Notes under the pieces: model-generated
Told to the model about the DNA's origin: nothing
Database searches by the model: none
Seen by the model: only the letters and a program-made list of their open reading frames with translations
Source: Nitrosospira multiformis ATCC 25196
GTDB lineage: Bacteria > Pseudomonadota > Gammaproteobacteria > Burkholderiales > Nitrosomonadaceae
Reading direction: 5' to 3'
NCBI RefSeq assembly: GCF_000196355.1
Contig: NC_007614.1
Location: 2,880,001-2,912,000, forward strand
Length of the DNA stretch: 32,000 nt
Made by a program: the position numbers and the translations under genes
In this document: positions 31,328-32,000 of the stretch, piece after piece
How the letters are laid out: every line of letters begins with the position of its first letter
Position numbering within the stretch: position 1 is the first letter of the stretch

Positions 31328-32000
31328 ATGAAGCTCAAGTTCACCAAAATGCATGGCCTCGGCAACGATTTCATTGTCATTGATGCCGTGAATCAGCAGA
31401 TTTCCCTCTCACCCGAACAATTGCGGCGCCTTGCCGACCGCCACCTGGGAGTAGGCTGCGACCAGATTCTGCTGATCGAAAAGGCGGAAGGGGATGCTGA
31501 TTTCCGTTATCGCATTTTTAATGCCGACGGAGGAGAAGTGGAACAATGCGGCAATGGGGCGCGCTGCTTCGTTCGCTACGTCCATGATCATGGTATGACG
31601 GACAAGCAGCAGGTAAGGATTGAAACGCTAAGCGGGGTGGTTATTCCGGAGCTTGAAGCGGACGGGGAAGTAACGGTCAACATGGGTGTGCCGAAATTCG
31701 ATCCCGTCGAAATTCCTTTTATCGCCGAACAGCGAGCGCCTACTTACTCCCTCTCCCTGGATGACAGGCAGGTGGAAATCAGCAGTGTATCGATGGGCAA
31801 TCCCCACGCGGTCCAGGTAGTATCGGATCTGGATAACGCGCCGGTTTTGACGGAGGGGCCAGTTATCGAAAAGCATTCTCGTTTTCCTCAGCGAGTAAAT
31901 GCCGGATATATGCAAGTCGTCGATCCTCATCATATCCGGCTGAGAGTCTACGAGCGGGGCGCGGGTGAAACCCTGGCTTGCGGCACCGGTGCCTGTGCGG
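31328..32000 (+). CDS. dapF: Diaminopimelate epimerase (3' end truncated by window)
   Basis: Open frame from the ATG at 31328 translating [23 protein letters not shown]...[14 protein letters not shown]...[27 protein letters not shown]...[17 protein letters not shown]. Absent from the supplied ORF track because no stop occurs before 32000. Confidence 0.96.
   Translation, partial: MKLKFTKMHGLGNDFIVIDAVNQQISLSPEQLRRLADRHLGVGCDQILLIEKAEGDADFRYRIFNADGGEVEQCGNGARCFVRYVHDHGMTDKQQVRIETLSGVVIPELEADGEVTVNMGVPKFDPVEIPFIAEQRAPTYSLSLDDRQVEISSVSMGNPHAVQVVSDLDNAPVLTEGPVIEKHSRFPQRVNAGYMQVVDPHHIRLRVYERGAGETLACGTGACA

Overview
The window appears to be chromosomal DNA from a betaproteobacterium. A Nitrosospira/Nitrosomonadaceae-like origin is an inference from protein character and gene order. 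The left half (about 0-16.5 kb, all minus strand) is an exosortase A (XrtA/EpsH)-type exopolysaccharide cluster. Read in transcription order it encodes: Wza-type export lipoprotein, chain-length determinant, BY-type tyrosine autokinase, outer-membrane beta-barrel-like protein, AAA ATPase, polysaccharide deacetylase, FemAB-like protein, glycosyltransferase, exosortase-EpsI fusion, glycosyltransferase, asparagine-synthase-type amidotransferase, a second polysaccharide deacetylase, and a second acyltransferase-like protein. The right half is housekeeping: queG, tsaE, N-acetylmuramoyl-L-alanine amidase, NUDIX hydrolase, a DUF482-like GNAT protein, nadE, a P-II protein, an M48 protease with repeats, an aminotransferase, metF, ahcY, metK and the 5' part of dapF. 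I did not find a convincing wholly new system. The two most notable observations are: (1) an in-frame TAA in the tyrosine autokinase gene, after which the frame stays open for 31 more codons, encodes the expected tyrosine-rich tail (IESCDVVNLIYNKTKTFSGGEYYGYYYHESA), and ends in a TGA overlapping the next gene; and (2) a well-formed SAH riboswitch-like pseudoknot between metK and ahcY. Several ORF-track starts need correction. No CRISPR array, mobile element, tRNA or rRNA was recognised.
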